A stretch of 64,000 nt of DNA from Octopus bimaculoides (Eukaryota), in the NCBI RefSeq assembly GCF_001194135.2, contig NC_068992.1:64668635-64732634 (forward strand), given 5' to 3'. Numbering within the stretch: the stretch's first letter is position 1; each line of letters starts with the position of its first letter. The notes under the pieces were generated by a model. It worked only from the letters and a program-made list of their open reading frames with translations, was not told the DNA's origin and did not search any database. Made by a program: the position numbers and the translations under genes. Below, in pieces: positions 36,864 through 48,295 of the stretch.

Positions 36864-37800
36864 GGAAAAATGAACTAGGCGTCCGTGGCCGGCGTCACTA
36901 GAGAAACAGTGCAATTCGGCCAGGGCGAGCTCGAAAAATATAAAAGCTTATTGCAGAGGGAAAGAGCGAACATGAAGCTGACTCCCCCAGAAGAATTGAT
37001 ATACAACACAAAACGCAAAGCAATAGTTTACAGAACTCTGTCCCTGGTAACAAAAAAGATAGAGATGGCATCTAAGGATACTATCGAAAATGCCTACTAC
37101 CAATTTGGCACGACATAAAATACGTAAATAGAGGCAGGCACTTCGACTCAGTCTAGGTGAGATTCGTTTCCGAAGAGGAACCAAAGGAACACTCTACGTC
37201 TCCCTTAAAGTTGACAGATCTGATGTTACTGCCGACTTACCTTGGAAGACGAATATGGAAAATAAGGATAGCGGGGGTCCCACGATGCGATGCGGCTGGT
37301 GGCGGCTGTACTGCTGAACCTGGAGGATAGAGCCACTATCCTTCAGGCCACCCGGCTACACCAGCAGACCTGGTGGGGCCAATGTCAGGAGCTAATAATC
37401 CAGGCCACCCAGAAAAAACTTGGAAGAGATTACAAAACAAACAATATTGTCGGACGAGACCACGCTAAGAGTCATGGTGGACGGGCAAAAGGGCTCCACG
37501 TGCCCACAGGTCCTTCAACCAAAAGCACTCCCTCCAATTAACCCATCACAGTCTGATGACCCGAAAAAAAGCAAGGGGGAGCCAACCAGTACGGCGACGA
37601 AAACCCATCAACCCACCACAGACTGACAACCCGAAAGAAAAAAAGAAGTCGACCAACACCACGATAAAGCAGCCCACATCAAAGGTGCCAAGGGGAATTG
37701 GAGGACCCCAAGAGGGACACCCCAAAGGAACTACTTCCAACCTTATTCGGAGAGCGATGACGGATGGACAATGGTCAAAAAGAGACGAAAAATGAAAGGG
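36864..37800 (+). mobile_element. Degenerate ORF1 (Gag-like) of a Tx1/L1-type non-LTR retrotransposon
   Basis: Frameshifted reading IKYVNRGRHFDSV*VRF...LLPTYLGRRIWKIRIAGVP...HQQTWWGQ...LRVMVDGQKG, homologous to the knuckle-bearing remnant at 52260. Confidence 0.5.
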
Positions 37801-38649
37801 GTTAACCTCCAGTGTTTGACCCGAGCAAAAAAAAAGTGTAATAGGTGTAAAACAGCATGTAGTAAACGAATATGAANNNNNNNNNNNNNNNNNNNNNNNN
37901 NNNNNNNNNNNNNNNNNNNNNNNNNNNNNNNNNNNNNNNNNNNNNNNNNNNNNNNNNNNNNNNNNNNNNNNNNNNNNNNNNNNNNNNNNNNNNNNNNNNN
38001 NNNNNNNNNNNNNNNNNNNNNNNNNNNNNNNNNNNNNNNNNNNNNNNNNNNNNNNNNNNNNNNNNNNNNNNNNNNNNNNNNNNNNNNNNNNNNNNNNNNN
38101 NNNNNNNNNNNNNNNNNNNNNNNNNNNNNNNNNNNNNNNNNNNNNNNNNNNNNNNNNNNNNNNNNNNNNNNNNNNNNNNNNNNNNNNNNNNNNNNNNNNN
38201 NNNNNNNNNNNNNNNNNNNNNNNNNNNNNNNNNNNNNNNNNNNNNNNNNNNNNNNNNNNNNNNNNNNNNNNNNNNNNNNNNNNNNNNNNNNNNNNNNNNN
38301 NNNNNNNNNNNNNNNNNNNNNNNNNNNNNNNNNNNNNNNNNNNNNNNNNNNNNNNNNNNNNNNNNNNNNNNNNNNNNNNNNNNNNNNNNNNNNNNNNNNN
38401 NNNNNNAGAAAAAAAAATTAATGTAATAGGTGAAAAACAACATGTAGTAAACGAATGGGGAAAAAAAATGCGCGCTGGTGAACGGGTGGGGGTGTGGGAG
38501 ATTGGACTCGGAAAATTCACTTGCCCAAGCTGCCATGCATAATGGTATTAACAGAAACAATTGCATCGTAGATGTTTGTAAGCCATTCAAGAACACACAC
38601 CAAATATATATATATATACATTTAAATCTCATTTCAATCTCAATATTTT

Positions 38650-38870
38650 CGTCGCTTTTTTACGTTCTGAGTTCAAATTCCGGGATCTTTTTGATTTGGC
38701 GGATAAAAAATGGTGTCTGCCAAATCAGAAAGATCCCAAAATGGATCCACCTACGTCGACTTTACCTTTCATCCTTTCAGGGTCGATAAATTAAGTACCA
38801 GTTGAGTACTGGGGTCGATCTAATCGACAGACCCCCTCCCGAGCCTTGTGCCTAGAGCAGAAAAGGGATC
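38650..38870 (+). mobile_element. tRNA-derived SINE, family A
   Basis: CGTTCTGAGTTCAAATTCCG...GTCGACTTT...AAGTACCAGTTGAGTACTGGGGTCGATC. Confidence 0.75.
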
Positions 38871-38924
38871 TTTGTGGTTTGATATGTATATATATATTTA
38901 TATATATATATACTTTTATTTTTT

Positions 38925-39187
38925 TACTTGCCTCAGCCACTTGACTGTGACCATGCTAGAGCACTGCCTTAAACGTTTTTAGTCATAGAAATCGACCCCA
39001 GGACTTATTCTTTATAAGCCTAGTACTTATTGTATCTATCTCTATGTCGAACCGCTATGTTACGGGGACATTAACACGTCAACATCGGTTGTCAAGCGAT
39101 GGTGGGAGACACACATACACACACACATATGCATATTTATGTGACGGGCTTCTTTCAGTTTCCGTCTACCAAATCCACTCACAAGGC
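38925..39187 (-). mobile_element. tRNA-derived SINE, family B (3' half and part of head)
   Basis: Reverse complement of the 53750-54185 copy. Confidence 0.75.
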
Positions 39188-39865
39188 NNNNNNNNNNCAT
39201 CCTTTCAGGGTCGATAAATTAAGTACCAGTTGAGTACTGAGGTCGATCTAATCGAGTGGCCCCCACCTCCCGGGCCTTGTGCCTAGAGTAGAAACTATTC
39301 TCTTTTTTTACGCACACACACACACACACGCACAGCTTTAGGTCGTATATCTGCGCGGCTAAAACCCAAAGACAGCGATAATAAGGGTGAGAGTTAATGA
39401 CTTTGGGTTAAGTAACAGAATAAGATAAATGTAAATGGTTCCGTATCTAAGCGAAACGAAACCAGATACCACTCCCGGTTTTCATTGACACTATGAATCA
39501 TCATTCACGATAAAGTGTTCGTAAATGCCGCCCACTTTCCAGAATTAACGTTAGCTTCGTTTGAAATGAAACTAAAATGTCTAAATAATCATCATTGATA
39601 CCAGCAAGAAAAATAACAACGCTTATAATAATTGTAATGATATCTATATATCATGGTTTTGTTTATATATGATATATAAACATAGTGTATATCCTATGTG
39701 TTGTGAGATGAAAATAAGTTTATCTGAATACGGAGATAGAAATCTGAATCGTTTATTTGTAATCAGACACAAAATACTGCAACGTACAACTGAAATAATT
39801 ATAAACTTACAGCATATATTCACAATGATTTTATATATGTAATTTTAAGGCAAGTTAAATCAATT

Positions 39866-39947
39866 GGTAGCGTGGCCGAGCGGTCTAAGGCGCTGGTTTA
39901 AGGCACCAGTCTCTTCGGAGGCGTGGGTTCGAATCCCACCGCTGCCA
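39866..39947 (+). tRNA. tRNA-Leu(AAG)
   Basis: 82-nt cloverleaf GGTAGCG...CGCTGCCA; anticodon arm CTGGT-TTAAGGC-ACCAG; long variable arm; A box TGGCCGAGCGG, B box GGTTCGAATCC; T7 terminator at 39956-39962. Confidence 0.97.
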
Positions 39948-39984
39948 AGTATTACTTTTTTTGTTTGATTTGTTTCATGTTCTT

Positions 39985-40175
39985 TTATTCTTCTACTTGT
40001 TTCAGCCACTCGACTGCGGCCTTGCTGCAGTACCACTTTTAGTCAAACAAATCGACCCCAAGACTTATTCTTTGTAAACCTAGTACTTATTCTATCAGTT
40101 TTCTTTGCCGAACCGCTACGTTACGGGGACGTAAACACACCAACATCGGTTGTCAAGCGATGGTGGGGAGACAGA
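39985..40175 (-). mobile_element. SINE family B 3' half
   Basis: GACTGCGGCC...GCCGAACCGCTACGTTACGGGGACGTAAAC...GTCAAGCGATGGTGGG. Confidence 0.75.
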
Positions 40176-40785
40176 CACACACACTACTCTCTCTCTCTTT
40201 CTATATATATATATTAAATATTTGTTACGTTTTTGACCCCCCACCAACGAGATTATTGCTAGGACTTGCTTTCTATATTGTGTCTATGTACACGCTTTTC
40301 ATCTCTATACTTTTTACTTATATTCTTATATTTTTTTAATAATTTTTTTTTACATATTTATAGAGATATTGTTTTATATATTTTTTGACACAGTTTTTCT
40401 GTATCGTACCATCCATCCTGCTTGTTTTCAGTGCGTATATAGACGTGTACATGGAACCTTTTGTGCGCGCTTGTGGATGTGTGCGTGTGCGCGGGTACTT
40501 GCGTATATAGACGTGTGTGCGTGCATGCGAGAATGTGCGCATATAGACATGTTTTGCCCTTATGGCCTTTCTACACTTTTTTCTGTATTTTGCCTTTAGC
40601 GCTGTTGTTTCTTGGGCATGTGCGTATATAGACGTGTGTATGAACTTTTTTGCACGCGTGTATATGCGTCCGAGCGTGTTGCGCGCGTGTATGTGTGTGT
40701 GAGCGTGTATGCGGCTATATATATATATAATTTTTTTTGCGAATGTGTGGGTGAGCACGTGTGTGTTTCAAGTGAGGGTGGATGA

Positions 40786-40821
<36 letters not shown>

Positions 40822-41088
40822 CCGGCATAATGCCTCTCCCAAGGTTTAATTGTATATATATATATATATCTATATATATATAGGCGCATGTACGTGGGTG
40901 TGCGGGTGCGCATGTGTACATATGGACTGGAGCGCTTACGCGAATACTATGGACGTTTTTACTCCCTTATTCCCCCCCCACCCTCATTTAGCGGTCATTC
41001 TAATAGCTCTTTTGTCTTAATAACGGTCAACCACACAGTAATTTCCCTTTGTTTAACGGTCATTTTCATAGCATTTTTTCGATGGTCA

Positions 41089-41149
41089 GATAACTGAAGA
41101 GATGGCGGCGTGGGTTTCCGCCCCGGCATCCGAAACTCGGAGTTTTATC
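41089..41149 (+). ncRNA. Near-intact type I hammerhead ribozyme-like motif
   Basis: GATAA-CTGAAGA-GATGGCGG...CCGGCATC-C-GAAA-CT-CGG-AG-TT-TTATC: 5-bp stem I, canonical core, 7 of 8 pairs in stem II, 3-bp stem III, GUU cleavage triplet. Confidence 0.6.
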
Positions 41150-41171
41150 ATGGCTACCGAATAATTGTCAC

Positions 41172-41988
41172 ATCATCATCATCATCATCATCGTTTAACG
41201 TCCGCTTTCCATGCTAGCATGGGTTGGACTATTTGACTGAGGACTGGTGAAACCGGATGGCAACACCAGGCTCCAGTCTAATTTGGCAGAGTTTCTACAG
41301 CTGGATGCCCTTCCTAACGCCAACCACTCANNNNNNNNNNNNNNNNNNNNNNNNNNNNNNNNNNNNNNNNNNNNNNNNNNNNNNNNNNNNNNNNNNNNNN
41401 NNNNNNNNNNNNNNNNNNNNNNNNNNNNNNNNNNNNNNNNNNNNNNNNNNNNNNNNNNNNNNNNNNNNNNNNNNNNNNNNNNNNNNNNNNNNNNNNNNNN
41501 NNNNNNNNNNNNNNNNNNNNNNNNNNNNNNNNNNNNNNNNNNNNNNNNNNNNNNNNNNNNNNNNNNNNNNNNNNNNNNNNNNNNNNNNNNNNNNNNNNNN
41601 NNNNNNNNNNNNNNNNNNNNNNNNNNNNNNNNNNNNNNNNNNNNNNNNNNNNNNNNNNNNNNNNNNNNNNNNNNNNNNNNNNNNNNNNNNNNNNNNNNNN
41701 NNNNNNNNNNNNNNNNNNNNNNNNNNNNNNNNNNNNNNNNNNNNNNNNNNNNNNNNNNNNNNNNNNNNNNNNNNNNNNNNNNNNNNNNNNNNNNNNNNNN
41801 NNNNNNNNNNNNNNNNNAGGGTGTGGCACTTTTTCACGCAGCTATCCTCATCCATTCTCACCACATGTCCATACCAGCGCAATCGTCTCTCTTGCATGCC
41901 ACAACTGATGCTTCTAATGTTCAGCTTTTCTCTCAAGATACTTACACTCTGACGGGTATTCACATTGACATTACACATCCAACGGAGC
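41172..41988 (-). mobile_element. 5'-truncated RTE copy interrupted by an assembly gap
   Basis: RTE tail at 41172-41330 and ORF2 C-terminus (ERRLRWYGHVVRMDEDSCVKKC) after the gap. Confidence 0.85.
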
Positions 41989-42020
41989 ATATATATATAT
42001 ATATATATATATATACTTTT

Positions 42021-42172
42021 TTTAAAAGCAGCAGGAATATAACAAAAGCTGTTACTCAGAGTTGCACGTTCCCATTCGTCGAACAGTTTTAGTTTTGTTA
42101 ACAAAACTGTCCAACGAACGGGAACGTGGAACTCTGAGTAACAGCTTTTGCTATATTTCTGCTGCTTTTAAA
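42021..42172. repeat. Palindrome with 70-bp arms and 12-nt spacer
   Basis: 42021-42090 versus the reverse complement of 42103-42172 shows 6 mismatches. Confidence 0.9.
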
Positions 42173-42311
42173 TAAAGCATATTACTCTACCTCTGGTATT
42201 TGAGTACTCTTTATTCCACCTTGTTTCACATTTATATGCTTACTCCAGTATATGTATATATATATATATAATACACACACACATACATGAATGTATATGT
42301 GCATACTTATA

Positions 42312-43950
42312 TCTGTTATATAAAAGTCAATGTCTTTATGTGCGATCGTGTGTTACTTATAAATTTGAAAACTACTGCACCGACCCTAATGAAATTTGGA
42401 ACACAAAATCGAAGCCTAGGGAGATGGGTAATGCTGTATGTTTCATACAATTTCATGCCCCCAAAATTACTGAATGGATCCTTATGATATTTGGAACTTA
42501 GATTCAATGAATAAGGCTGGGTATAATGCAGTATGTTTGGTTTGAATTTGAGGTGGCTTAAAGGGTTCAGATCCCCCACCCCCATGAAAATTCATAAATT
42601 TCCAATGTTGATGAAATTTCAACCATGGGTGATTGACACACATCAAGAAGTATTCTCAAAGTTGCCACTTCTCATGAGGATTCTAAGACCCTGTAATGGG
42701 GGCTTTGACTCCCAAATTTTAGTCATTTTTTAATAATCCAAAACTAGGTCAAAAGTACTGAATGGATCTTTATGAAATTTGGAAATTATATTCTATGCAT
42801 AAGGACAGATGTAATGCAGTATATGTTTGAAAGTGAGGGGGCATAAATGAGGCCACCGCCCCCATGAAAATTCATATATTTTTGCTGCTGATGAAATTTT
42901 AATCATAGATATTAGTCATAAATGAAGTAATATTTCTAAAATTTCAACTTCTTAGGAGTTAGTCACCCGAACATACAAAATGAGCATTATTTGTAATTCA
43001 ATGGTACAACAATGTAAGAGTTTGCTTTGAGATTTACTTATATTATGATTTCTGCAATGTGGTGCATCAATTGTCAAGTAATGGAGAGGCATCTTTGCCT
43101 CCACTGATTCAGTTGCAAAGTGTTATTTTGAGTAAAGTTATTTGCTTGCAGACCTCCTTTGAGTCTTTTTATTATCACTGGGTCAGAGATAGTCCCCAGA
43201 TGGTAACATTGATTTCAAGGCCTTTCCAGATAAGTGATTGGTCATTCAAAGAGATTTATAGATTGCAAATTTATTCTGTTCATTTACCAATCTGCATAGT
43301 TATCACTGGCAAACTCCAGAGGTGACACTTTCATTTCCCCTTGGCCCTCACGTCACACAGTTGTTAATGTTTATTTGACTTGGGTCACACCCTTCCAATT
43401 GCTATAGATCCGTAATGTATCTTACAACTGTGCCGGTCACCTGCATGGTGGGGAATCCTACATTGGGGAGGGTAGCTGACTGCTTATTGCGATCATTCAC
43501 CTCCTGGTTTCCTGTAGCTTTGCTCTCTTTTACAAACCCAGTGAACATACATATATTTCCGATTTCAAAGAAATTTGAACAATAGATATAAGACTCAAGT
43601 TAAAAAGATTCCCAACAATTCAACATCTCTAGTTGGATTTAAGAACCCCTAATAGGGGTCTTAACTCCCACATTTTAGAGCTCTATCTACTCCATTTTCC
43701 CTTTGAATAGGTTTCATAAGATTTGGATTTTGGAATCTGAGCATAAAGATTAGTAGTATGGGATAAATATGTCATGATTAGAATTTTTGTTAAGGTGTGT
43801 AACGAGGGAAAGAACCCTCATTAAAATTCTTAATCTCCAATTTTGATGAAATTTGAATCATAGCTATTCCAATTCATTAGAGAAAATATAAGAGAAAAGT
43901 CTAATTCTTTAATTCCATGTGACACGGGCAAAGTCGGGTATCTCTGCTAA
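42312..43950 (+). mobile_element. Non-autonomous Helitron-like element
   Basis: 5' A|TCTGTTATATAAAAG...ACTACTGCACCGACCCTAATGAAATTTGG; two ~280-bp internal tandem units (ACTGAATGGATC...CCCCCATGAAAATTCATA); 3' CGGGCAAAGTCGGGTATCTCTGCTA end. Confidence 0.65.
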
Positions 43951-44875
43951 AGAATAGCCTGGGCAAAGTTCAGAGAGCTTCTACCTCTGCTGGTGACAAA
44001 GGGCCTCTCACTCAGAGTAAAAGGTAGACTGTATGACACATGTGTACGAACAGCCATGATACATGGCAGTGAAACATGGGCTGTGACTGCTAAGGACATG
44101 CGTAAGCTCACAAGAAATGAAGCCAGTATGCTCCACTGGATGTGTAATGTCAGTGTGCATACTCGACAGAGTGTAAGCGCCTTGAGAGAAAAGTTGGACC
44201 TGAGAAGCATCAGTTGTGGTGTGCAAGAGAGACGACTGCGCTGGTATGGTCATGTGGTGAGAATGGATGAGGGTAGCTGTGTGAAAAAGTGCCACACCCT
44301 AGCAGTTGAGGGAACCTGTGGAAGAGGTAGGCCCAGGAAGACCTGGGATGAGGTGGTGAAGCACGACCTTTGAACATTAGACCTCACCGACACCTTTGGA
44401 AATATGCTTGAAAAGACCCGGCAAGCCAAGTGAGACCATAACCTGTGGCCTCTGCGAGTGGTGTAACCAGCCCACTTATGCGTACCTTTCCTTCCTTGGA
44501 CACTAAAATCTGCTTGTGAAGACCTGTTGAGGCAAGTGAAATCAAAATCAAATTCTTTGACAGCACCACATGACTGGCATCTGTGCTAGTGGAGTGCTAA
44601 GAGCACCATCCAAGCATGATCATTGCCAGTACCGCTGGACTGGCTACTGTGCAGGTGGCACGTAAAAAACACCATTTGAGCATGACCGTTGCCATTACTG
44701 CCTGACTGGCCCTCGAGCCGGTGGCACGTAAAAGCACCCACTACTCTCGGAGTGGTTAGCGTTAGGAAGGGCATCCAGCTGTAGAAACTCTGCCAGATCA
44801 GATTGGAGCCTGGTGTAGCTATCCGCAACCCATGCTAGCATGGAAAGCGGACGTTAAACAATGATGATGATGATT
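43950..44875 (+). mobile_element. 5'-truncated RTE retrotransposon
   Basis: ORF 43993-44373 (RLYDTCVRTAMIHGSETWAVT...RRLRWYGHV...GRGRPRKTWDEVV) followed by the 3' UTR and GGACGTTAAACAATGATGATG tail. Confidence 0.9.
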
Positions 44876-45221
44876 ATCATCATTATTATTAGCAGCAAAA
44901 TTCCGCCAAGGTCGACTTGACCTCACATCCTTTTAGGGGTCGATAAAATAAAGACCATTCAAGCAATGGGGGTTGAGGTTATCGACCTCCTCTCCTCCTT
45001 TAAAAGTGAAGGATTGTTATTTCGGCGACGACGATGTATTCCCGCATTTAACATACTGGAAGCTCCTTTTCTTTTACACTTTTGCTCAAAGACTCTTCGT
45101 CCCATTTTGTTCCCCACACAGTATTGATAGCAATTCCAAAAGTGTATCGAGGAAACATCAGCATACCAAATAATATTCTAAGAATACAGAAAAAAAACAA
45201 ATGAGGAAAAAAAAATTACCT

Positions 45222-45303
45222 TGGCAGCGGTGGGATTCGAACCCACGCCTCCGAAGAGACTGGTGCCTTAAACCAGCGCCTTAGACCGCTCGGCCACGCT
45301 ACC
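45222..45303 (-). tRNA. tRNA-Leu(AAG)
   Basis: Exact reverse complement of 39866-39947; T9 terminator on the minus strand (45207-45215). Confidence 0.97.
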
Positions 45304-45639
45304 TCTGCGGCAAATGATGTAGATATTATTATTTGTTTCAGTAGAATGTGTCTGCTGTTTCTAAGTTGTCATTTATGCCTTATTAGTCAAATGTGGAACC
45401 AAATCTGATAAGAGAATATCGAGTTACCTCCCCGCAGACATCTTCGCTATGTCAGTCTCACCTTACGGTTATTACCTCCTACCACAATATCCATACTGAT
45501 GATACCTCCCCTCTTTCTCTCTCTCTACTCCTGCTTCCACTACATATTCCTCTCATTATTTTAATACCTCCCACCACAACTGCATATTATTTATTTATTT
45601 ATTTATTTACACACAAAGGTGTCTTCTTTCTTTTATCGT

Positions 45640-45957
45640 CTGCTTTTTTATTTGTTTCATTCATTAGACTGCGGCCATGCTGGGGCACCCACTGCATCGA
45701 AGAAATTTTAGTCGAACGAATCGACCCCAGCACTTATTTTTTAAAGCCTGTTGCTAATTCATTCGGTCCATTTTTGCCGAACCGCTAAGTTACGGCGACA
45801 AAAGTNNNNNNNNNNNNNNNNNNNNNNNNNNNNNNNNNNNNNNNNNNNNNNNNNNNNNNNNNNNNNNNNNNNNNNNNNNNNNNNNNNNNNNNNNNNNNNN
45901 NNNNNNNNNNNNNNNNNNNNNNNNNNNNNNNNNNNNNNNNNNNNNNNNNNNNNNNNN

Positions 45958-45999
<42 letters not shown>

Positions 46000-46100
46000 C
46001 AGGCTTCTTTCAGTTTCGTTCTACCGTATCCAATCACAAATCTTTGGTCGGTTCGAAGCTATTGGAGAAGACCCTTGTTCAAGATGTTGAGGAACCGAAG
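45640..46100 (-). mobile_element. tRNA-derived SINE, family B (gap inside)
   Basis: 3' half at 45640-45805, (CA)n, then head at 45997-46100. Confidence 0.7.
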
Positions 46101-46353
46101 CTAGAATGCTCTACGCCTGCACATGTTCCTTACTCGGAAAGCTTTCCGTGGTCGCTTAAATCATTAGGGATGGTCATGTCCTCAGATACAAGACATCCTG
46201 GCAAACGAGATATATAACAACATAACATTTATTTAAAGTTCTTTATTAGAATATATTCGGTTAGTTTTTACGAATTTTTGTAGCAGTTATGATGCAAGAT
46301 ATTTCTCTAACTCCATTTATATCACAGTATACCACGTCTGTATAATATTTATA

Positions 46354-46702
46354 CAAAGGTGAACACCGTTAATCGAAAAGTTAACTTCGTTAACCGTTAA
46401 CCAAAAAGTTAACATCGATAACCGTGAATCAGTTAACTCTTTAAAAATGTAACGGAAATTATCGATAAACCGTTAAAGTTAATTTTTATTATAGAGTAAA
46501 TAAAAAAAAAACAAAAACAAAAAAGAACTGGTTTTGCTTTAAAACCAACTAAAAATACTTTTAAAATGTGCCAAAACTATAAAATCCGTTAACTTCAAAA
46601 TTAATTAGTTCGATAATGATTTCCAAAGTTAACTTAAAAGATAATCGTTAACGGAAATGTTAACTTCGTTAATTAACAATTAATTGTTTGGTGCCAGGTT
46701 TG
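46354..46702. mobile_element. hAT-like MITE with GTTAAC-rich subterminal repeats
   Basis: Degenerate TIRs CAAAGGTGAACACC and GGTGCCAGGTTTG; many GTTAAC/CGTTAA motifs at both ends; no exact TSD. Confidence 0.5.
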
Positions 46703-47876
46703 TATAAATATAATAAAATAATTTTTCACAGCAAACAATCGAAGAAAACTAGCAGATCGTGTATTACAATCGGAAAGCAATAAAACTTTAAGGGAGGTAA
46801 TTAACATTAAGGGAGCAACAAGAGTTATTTACCTTTGATAATATTTTTATCAATTTCTTGTCTCAGTAACTTCGCCTCCGTATAATTTTATTTCTAGATT
46901 GTATTTTTTAAATTTTAAAATGAAATCAATCAAAAAATTTGGGTTATTTGAGTGAGTTGACATTCCTTACGATAACTTCTTAATTTTCTTTTGGGGGTGG
47001 GGTGAGATATAAACCAAAATGTTAATGCAAAATAGCCTAATTATATCAAATTAAAATCGAAATAAATACCAATTATTTTTGGTAACATGGTGTAACATGA
47101 ATCCAAAGGCGCAGTATTCAACGATACGATAACACTGATAAAAATAAAAGGAACAGTGAAACCCTTCGAATGTAGTCCTAGATGCATTAGGGCAGAAAAA
47201 GATGTGTCAATCAAGGCATGAAACGTTCTAATCATACATCTACTGGATTGATGTTGTCCTGGGGTTAAGCATACACCAACAATAGTCAATGGTAGAGCAC
47301 GACAGTTAGTGTTCGATTTGGTAGAAATAGCAGTCAAGTCCCTTTCAGATCACATTATATAGTCCTGTATAAAAAATGGACATATTGAATAATGAAGTTA
47401 CAATTATTGTAAGACGCTCTGAGGCCGAATAGTTAAAAAGCTTGGTTCGCAATCACAAGATCCTGTGTTCTATCCCACTGCGTAGCATTTTAGACAAGTG
47501 CTCTCTGTTTGGTCGGCCCAAGCCTTGTTAGTGAAATTGGGTTGATGGAAACTACTGAAGCGCGTGGTTACCCCCCCCCCCCNNNNNNNNNNNNNNNNNN
47601 NNNNNNNNNNNNNNNNNNNNNNNNNNNNNNNNNNNNNNNNNNNNNNNNNNNNNNNNNNNNNNNNNNNNNNNNNNNNNNNNNNNNNNNNNNNNNNNNNNNN
47701 NNNNNNNNNNNNNNNNNNNNNNNNNNNNNNNNNNNNNNNNNNNNNNNNNNNNNNNNNNNNNNNNNNNNNNNNNNNNNNNNNNNNNNNNNNNNNNNNNNNN
47801 NGTATAGTCTTCTAGTTTTGGGTCGACCAAAACCTTCTGAGTAGATTTGATAGGCGGAAACTGAAAGAAGCCCGTC

Positions 47877-47912
<36 letters not shown>

Positions 47913-48012
47913 GGAATTTACAAAAAAAAAACAAACAAACAAACAAAAGACGAAGACGGGTGTGTAAGCAACAAGCAGGTGTATTTGTGTTACGCTCGGG
48001 AAGGTGAGAAAG

Positions 48013-48050
48013 TCTTTTACGTTTCGAGCCTACGCTCTTCAACAGAAAGA
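48013..48050 (-). ncRNA. Hammerhead-like motif with non-canonical CUGUUGAA core
   Basis: TCTTT-CTGTTGAA-GAGC-GTAG-GCTC-GAAA-CG-TA-AAAGA on the minus strand. Confidence 0.45.
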
Positions 48051-48091
48051 AATAAGAGAAAATAAACAGAGGGTGAATAAACAACTGTATA

Positions 48092-48295
48092 TTAGGTAGT
48101 CCGGAAAGTTCTGAGCGTTTTTAATCTAAATCTTTTAACGTGTCATTGAACACACCTGAAACGTAACGCAGTTAAAACTTTGGCGTTGTTTCAAGTGGTA
48201 GTTCATGTCTTCTTTGTTCCTGACTAAAAATAGATTTATCTTTCATTCTGGTTACCTTCTATGGTCATTTGAAATGGATAACCAAAATTTCCCTT
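48092..48295 (+). mobile_element. Mariner-like 5' end fragment
   Basis: TA-TTAGGTAGTCCGGAAAGTT TIR-like start, leading to an ATG GAT AAC CAA AAT start remnant. Confidence 0.4.

Noticed and set aside
41102-41163. ATGGCGGCG gene-start-like ORF (MAAWVSAPASETRSFIMATE)
   Set aside because: Only 20 codons with no donor; the sequence is better explained as hammerhead stem II.
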